This document shows positions 58,551 through 64,000 of a stretch of 64,000 nucleotides of DNA, in pieces; positions within the stretch are counted from its first letter, which is position 1, and each line of letters opens with the position of its first letter. The notes beneath the pieces were generated by a model, which did not search any database, was not told the origin of the DNA, and saw only the letters and a program-made list of their open reading frames with translations. The stretch covers positions 128,001 to 192,000 of the forward strand of contig CAWCRS010000007.1 in the NCBI GenBank assembly GCA_963798085.1. The letters are read 5' to 3'. A program made the translations under genes and the position numbers. Source of the DNA: an uncultured Gemmatimonadales bacterium. GTDB lineage: Bacteria; Gemmatimonadota; Gemmatimonadetes; Longimicrobiales; RSA9.

Positions 58551-59639
58551 ATGCCGCGCAGAGCACGCGGTGCCGCTCTCGCACTCTGCATCACGGCGCT
58601 GTCCGCGTGCAGCGAGCAGGCGACGACGCACGCCGCACCTGCCCTCGCGGCCTCGCCCGGTCAGGCGGCGAGCGCGGGCGAGGATTCTGCGCGCATGCTC
58701 GAGCAAACGGCACTCACGGCCTGCGCGCAGACCTCCGCTACGGTCGCGCGCGCCGGGCTCGCCACACTGGACAGTGCGCTCCGGCTGCGGCCCGCGGATG
58801 CGCAGACACTGCTGGCGCGCGTGCAATGCTGGAGCGGGTACACCGACCATTTCGCTGCACCGGCGCCCGGCGTCGCCACGGCGCTCGCGCAGGCACAGCA
58901 GGCCGTCAGGATCGCGCCCGGCCTGGCTGCTGCGTACAGCACGCTCGGTCTCGTCCAGTTCCGCTACCTGCGCGCTGTGACGGATGCCGAAGCATCGTTC
59001 GCGCAGGCCATCCGACTCGATTCCGCCAATGCCGGCGCGCATGCCATGTTATCGGACGTGTTGGCGGAGACTGGCCGCACGCCTGAGGCGCTCGAGGAAG
59101 CGCAGCGCGCGCTCACGCTGGATCCCGCATCGGAACCCGACGCGACGCGCGTTGCCCTGCTGCTCGCCGGACTTGGTCGCACGGTCGAGTCGCTCGCCCA
59201 CGTGCAACGCGTGCTCGACGCCGACCCGGCCAGCAACGCCGGCAGTCTGGGCCTCGCCAGCATCCTGCTCGCCAACGGTCGCGCAGGCACCGCATTGCGG
59301 GTGCTGCAACGCGCCCGCCAGCTCGGCAATGCAGGTCTCGACACCGATGAGCTGATCGTGCGCACGCTCGCGCGCATGGGTCGCACGGGCGAAGCGCGCG
59401 CCGTGCTGGACGCCTGGCTGGCGCGCAGCGGCAGCGAGTACCTGCGCCCCGATCTGATAGCGGCAATGTTCGCAACGCTCGAGGAGAGCGACTCCGCGCT
59501 GGCGTGGCTGAACCGTGCGCAACGCGATGACACACGCGGCCTGGTCGAGCTGCGCAGCGGCCGCTTCGCCACGCTCGACCCGGATCCCGACTACCAGCAG
59601 CTGCTCGCCCGCGCCCGACCCGACCTGGGCAGCCGCTGA
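58551..59639 (+). CDS. TPR-repeat lipoprotein
   Basis: Lipobox LSAC; repeated A...A..LDP helical motifs. Confidence 0.75.
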   Translation: MPRRARGAALALCITALSACSEQATTHAAPALAASPGQAASAGEDSARMLEQTALTACAQTSATVARAGLATLDSALRLRPADAQTLLARVQCWSGYTDHFAAPAPGVATALAQAQQAVRIAPGLAAAYSTLGLVQFRYLRAVTDAEASFAQAIRLDSANAGAHAMLSDVLAETGRTPEALEEAQRALTLDPASEPDATRVALLLAGLGRTVESLAHVQRVLDADPASNAGSLGLASILLANGRAGTALRVLQRARQLGNAGLDTDELIVRTLARMGRTGEARAVLDAWLARSGSEYLRPDLIAAMFATLEESDSALAWLNRAQRDDTRGLVELRSGRFATLDPDPDYQQLLARARPDLGSR

Positions 59640-59749
59640 CACGCCCGGCCCCTGCGGAAACGCCTGCCACCGTTGCGCACTCGCTCCACTGACCGCCGCG
59701 CGATACCTTGCTGCGGCGCGACTTTCACTGCTTTCAGGCGACGACGATC

Positions 59750-61902
59750 ATGCACACCACCGCACGCAACGTCCTGCTGGCCGTTTCATTCCTGTCGCTC
59801 GCGGCGCCGCTCGGCGCGCAGAGCATTCGCGGCTTTCCTGACGCCATGCTGGCCGCGCAACGGCAGCGCGAGCAGAGCGCGAAAGCGGTGCCCAATGCCG
59901 ACACGCTGCGCGCGCGCCTGCTGCTGCTTTCCGAGGACCCGCACCACGCGGGCAGTGCCAATTCCCGCCATGTCGCCGATCTCATACTCGCGCGCTTCCA
60001 GTCGTTCGGGCTGGATGCGAAGCTCGAGCGCTTCGAAGCGCTCATGCCCACGCCCACACTGCGCGCCGTCGAGCTGATCGCGCCCGAACACTACACAGCG
60101 AGGCTCGCCGAGCCGCCGATCCCCGAAGACAAGGATTCGAACGACGCCGGACAGCTGCCCACGTACAACGCGTACTCACCCGACGGTGACGTGACGGGCG
60201 ATGTCGTCTACGTCAATTACGGCACGCCCGAGGACTACCACATCCTCGACAGCCTGGACATCAGCGTGCGCGGGCGCATTGTGCTGGCGCGCTACGGCCG
60301 CTCCTGGCGAGGCATCAAGCCGAAGGTGGCGGCAGAGCATGGCGCCATCGCCTGCATCATCTATTCGGATCCGCGCGATGACGGATTCTGGACCAATGAC
60401 GTCTATCCGAAGGGGCCCATGCGCAACGAGCAGGGCGTGCAGCGCGGCAGCGTCATGGATATGCCGCGTTATCCTGGCGATCCGCTGTCGCCCGGCTGGG
60501 CGTCGGAGGACGGGTGCGCGCAAACTCGCCATGAGCGAGGTCACCACGATCTCGCCCATTCCCGTGCTGCCGCTCTCCTATGGTGATGCGCTGCCCATCC
60601 TGCGCGACCTCGCGGGACCCGTCGTGCCCGACCCCATGAAGGGCGCGCTGGCCACCACCTATCATTTCGGTCCCGGACCCGCGCGCGTGCACGTCGCGCT
60701 GAAGTTCGACTGGCAGACGCGGCCGCTGTGGGACGTGATTGTCCGCATTCCCGGGCACGCGCTGGCCCGACCAGTGGGTCGTCTTCGGCAATCACCACAA
60801 TGCCTGGGTCAACGGTGCGGAGGATCCGCTCTCCGGCATGGTCGCGCTCGAGGAAATGGGCGCTCGCTGGCTACACTGCTCAAGACCGGCTGGCGCCCGG
60901 AACGCACCATCGTGCTGGCGGCGTGGGACGGCGAAGAGTGGGGACTGCTCGGCTCCACCGAGTGGGCCGAGAAACATGCCGATGAACTGCAGCAGAAAGC
61001 CGTCGCCTACATCAACAGTGACACCAACAACCGCGGCTGGTTGAGTGCGATCGGGCTCGCATTCGCTCGAGGAATTCGTGCGCGAGATTGCGCGCGACGT
61101 CCGGATCCGGAGAGCGGCAGCAGCGTGCTCGATGCCTGGCTCGCGCACCAGCGCGCGAGTCGCAGGTCCCGATCGCGACACGACTGGGCGATCGGCGCCC
61201 TCGGTTCCGGCTCCGATTACACGGCCTTCATTGACCACCTCGGCCTGGCCTCGCTCAGTCTCTCCTATGGCGGCGATGCCAATGCGGGCATCTATCATTC
61301 GATCTACGACTCGTTCTACCACTACACGCATTCATGGACACCACGTTCATGTACGGCGTGACGCAGTCGCAGTACGACGACCACCGCCGCGCTGCGTCTC
61401 GCCACGCGCCCGTGCTGCCGTTCGAGTTCCAGGCGGTAGCGCGGACCTATGGCAGGTACGTGGACGAGATCGAGAAGGGGCGAAGGCGAAAGCCGCCACC
61501 CACGCGCTCGACCTGAGCGCCGTGCGCGCGGCCGTGGCCAGGGTGCAGGCGGCGGCGGACCACTGGGATGCGGCCAGCATCCGCATCGCCAGCTTTACTG
61601 ATGCGCAGGTGAAGAAGAACGCGCAGCCGCTGGCCGATATTAACCACCTGTTATACAGCACCGAGCGCCTGCTCACGGACACGGCCGGCCTGCCCCAGCG
61701 CGACTGGTTCCGGCACCTGATCTATGCGCCCGGCTTCTACACGGGCTACGGCGTGAAGACCATGCCCGGCATCCGCGAGGCCGTCGAGGATGTGCCCGAC
61801 CTCACCGTGGCCCAGGCACAGGCCGCGCGCGTGGCTGCCGCGCTCGAGCATTACGCTGCGCAGATCGAGCAGGCAGCGCAGGCGCTGAACGCATTGCAGT
61901 AG
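59750..61902 (+). CDS. M28 glutamate carboxypeptidase II-like peptidase (PA and transferrin-receptor-like dimerisation domains); frameshifted
   Basis: PHHAGS, VYVNYG, GVQRGSV, GDPLSPG, GNHHNAW, WDGEEWGLLGSTEW, LGSGSDY, YHSIYD, WFRHLIYAPG. Confidence 0.9.
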
Positions 61903-62075
61903 GGATGCGGGGAGTCAGCAACAATTTGCCCCGATGGTGATCAGCGCTCTGAGACAACTCGAGCGACTTTCTGGCGACGACAGTACATAATTGCGCGCCA
62001 GCCTGGGAGTGAGTCGAGGTGATGCCAATTTCTTAACAACGAGTGGCACGACGGAGGACCATGGAAAAAATGCGG

Positions 62076-63065
62076 TTAGATGGGCTCGCTGGGCGCAAAC
62101 ATGCCGCTGTAGCCATCGGCTTTTTTCGTCAATGCCGAGCGGAACACCTGGACCAATCCCAGCGCACGACGTTCCCGTGCACCGACGAATGCCAACTTCG
62201 GGTAGCGAACGATGCACGCTGCAACCTTCGCGTCAACAGGTTGATCCCACAGTGCCCAAGTAAACGTCCCGGCTTTGCGTCGCCCTTCGCAGGCAGTTGT
62301 CTCAAGTTCACCCGCGCCCCCAGCCACGGGAAAGAAGACGAGGCCACGGAAGGCCAGCCACTCGGCAGCAGTGTGGTAGGCGGATTTGTGGTTGGCGTAG
62401 AGGGCGCCCGGAGCATCGGCTCCAACATCCCAGTCAAGCGTACGCGAACCCTCGGGATTGGCTGCGCTCACCTCGAGTTCCAGCCTGATGCCCTCTAGCG
62501 TTAGCTGCGACCGAACCTCCTCGACCTGTTCCAGGAAGTGCGCGTTGCGGCTCGTGAAGTCAAAGAACGTAGGTTTCGTCACGCGATCGAGCGCAGCAGT
62601 GGCGTCGAATGGCAGGCCATTTGCCAACAGGACATTGGCGTTCAATACCTTCTTGGGGTCTGCCGGCTCGCTGGCTAGCTCGTACGTCAGCGCCGCTGCG
62701 TAAGCAAGCACCTCATAGTCCTGCCGTCGCAACTCCTCCTTCAGCCATTGCCGAAGCACGGCGATCGGGGCGCTGAGCGCACCGACCAGCTTGATGCCTT
62801 TCTTCTCGAGTTTCGGATACCGGAAGCACAGGAGTGGCGACCGGGCCCACCGAAGGGCGTCGTCATACACGATCCTCGATAATTCGTCGAAGGTGACGAT
62901 TCCGTTCAGGACCGGATTCCATCGGTTCTCGAAACGCCAAGAGAGACGTGGCTGCTCGTGGGCACCTGGCGCGTCGCTCACGACGGTCAACAAACCAAGC
63001 GCGGCCAGGTAACCCAGCGGCGTTGAACCGTCGAGGCCGGTGACTGTCAGTGTGCGGTCATTCAT
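62076..63065 (-). CDS. Type I-G (I-U) Cas3-adjacent protein (Cas8g/Csb3-like, Cas3-extension family)
   Basis: LTVTGLDGSTPLGYLAALGLL, FDFTS, LDWD, AEWLAFRGL.FFP, FTWALW..P; 8-bp overlap with the cas3 stop. Confidence 0.75.
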   Translation of the reverse strand: MNDRTLTVTGLDGSTPLGYLAALGLLTVVSDAPGAHEQPRLSWRFENRWNPVLNGIVTFDELSRIVYDDALRWARSPLLCFRYPKLEKKGIKLVGALSAPIAVLRQWLKEELRRQDYEVLAYAAALTYELASEPADPKKVLNANVLLANGLPFDATAALDRVTKPTFFDFTSRNAHFLEQVEEVRSQLTLEGIRLELEVSAANPEGSRTLDWDVGADAPGALYANHKSAYHTAAEWLAFRGLVFFPVAGGAGELETTACEGRRKAGTFTWALWDQPVDAKVAACIVRYPKLAFVGARERRALGLVQVFRSALTKKADGYSGMFAPSEPI

Positions 63066-64000
63066 CGGTCTCCTCGTCCTCGCTGGCGCAATGATCAGCC
63101 AGACGGAGGATTGCTTCCATCCAAGCCAAACGCCACCAACCGTGGCGTCGGGTAAGTCGCCAGAATCGCTCGGCTGTTCCGGATCCCATGCGCACCAGAC
63201 CGTGTGCGGTGGAGCCCTGCAGGTCAATACCGTCGAATGCGTAATTGACGGCAAGCGCGACATCATCCAGCGCAAGTGGAGGGAATGGCCGGCAGTAGCC
63301 GTGATGTGATGCAATCAGAATGCAGCACGAGATCCAGGTCGCGGACTCGATCTCTCACGGCGGGTGCGGCACTCGCGAGCGCCGTGGAGAGGAGTTCGTG
63401 ACGGGCCATCATCGGGTACCCGGATTGCTCACGAGCGCGCTTTCGGCCCGCAGAATCACCGGAAGGCATCCCGGACTTGGCCAGCGGGCCGCGGGCCATG
63501 GCAAGTGCCAGTTCGTCAGCCTCATGCAGCAGCAACTGAAAGCGCGGATCGATCTTTCCCACATCATGCATTGCCGCGGCGATCGCCACGTCACGAACGG
63601 TGTCTTCATCAAGGCCGAGGTTTCGCGCGAAAGACTCGGCGTACGCCCGAACATCTGTCAGGTGACGGTCCAGCGCGACCGCCTTGCCGGACGCAGTACC
63701 GACGTCGCCGTCGGTTACGGATTCCAGCCCGCAGAGCTGGCTTTCCCACAATGGCTGCCTGAGAACGCGCAGCGCGACATTCGGCACATGCCCGAGCGCC
63801 ACGCTTGCGCGCCAGGTCGGCTGGGAAATGCCAGGCGCACATCGGATGGGGATTCGCACGATGCGTCGACGTGCCCGCATTGTTGCACCTAACGCGATCC
63901 TTGCCCAATCGGGGATTTTCTGAGTGAGCAACTCGCTGGCCCAGTCGTCGTACGCAGCACGCTCGAGTTCGCGTTGCGACGCTTCAGGATCGATCTCGAT
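63058..64000 (-). CDS. cas3: Type I-G Cas3, 3' part with C-terminal HD nuclease domain (5' end outside the window; indel near 63320)
   Basis: LDRHL..V, AAAMHDVGK.DPRFQ, RHE, IASHHG..RP, FWRLTRRHGWW.LAWMEAILRLADH.AS. Confidence 0.9.

Noticed and set aside
61903..62075. CRISPR array or leader downstream of the cas genes
   Set aside because: No repeated unit is visible; the 61915-62217 ORF has no recognisable motif.

Overview
A high-GC 64-kb bacterial window. The gene content points to Gemmatimonadota or a similar lineage (inference): orphan MacB-like duplicated permeases with PadR, a BTAD-TPR regulator and many secreted peptidases. Most of it is envelope and metabolic genes: a cyanophycinase-like peptidase, a YeeE/YedE-MBL-rhodanese-SDR sulfur operon, an ECF sigma/anti-sigma pair, glgB-glgE-treS/mak, S9 and M28 peptidases, an amidase, an aldo/keto reductase and tag. 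Single-base frameshifts cluster in several stretches and look like long-read consensus errors, not pseudogenes. The most interesting locus is a tightly coupled four-gene operon at about 38.1-45.1 kb. It encodes a TIR-domain protein, a MoxR AAA+ ATPase, a vWA-like protein with a degenerate MIDAS motif, and a large protein with two apparently inactive trypsin-like domains plus a degenerate Roc-COR-like GTPase. It resembles a MoxR-vWA ternary conflict system with an unusual pseudo-enzyme effector. The right edge holds the 3' end of a type I-G (I-U) cas operon with no adjacent array. Several REP/MITE-like non-coding repeat structures lie between genes. No tRNA, rRNA or CRISPR array was recognised. 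All calls come from reading motifs by eye; no searches were run.
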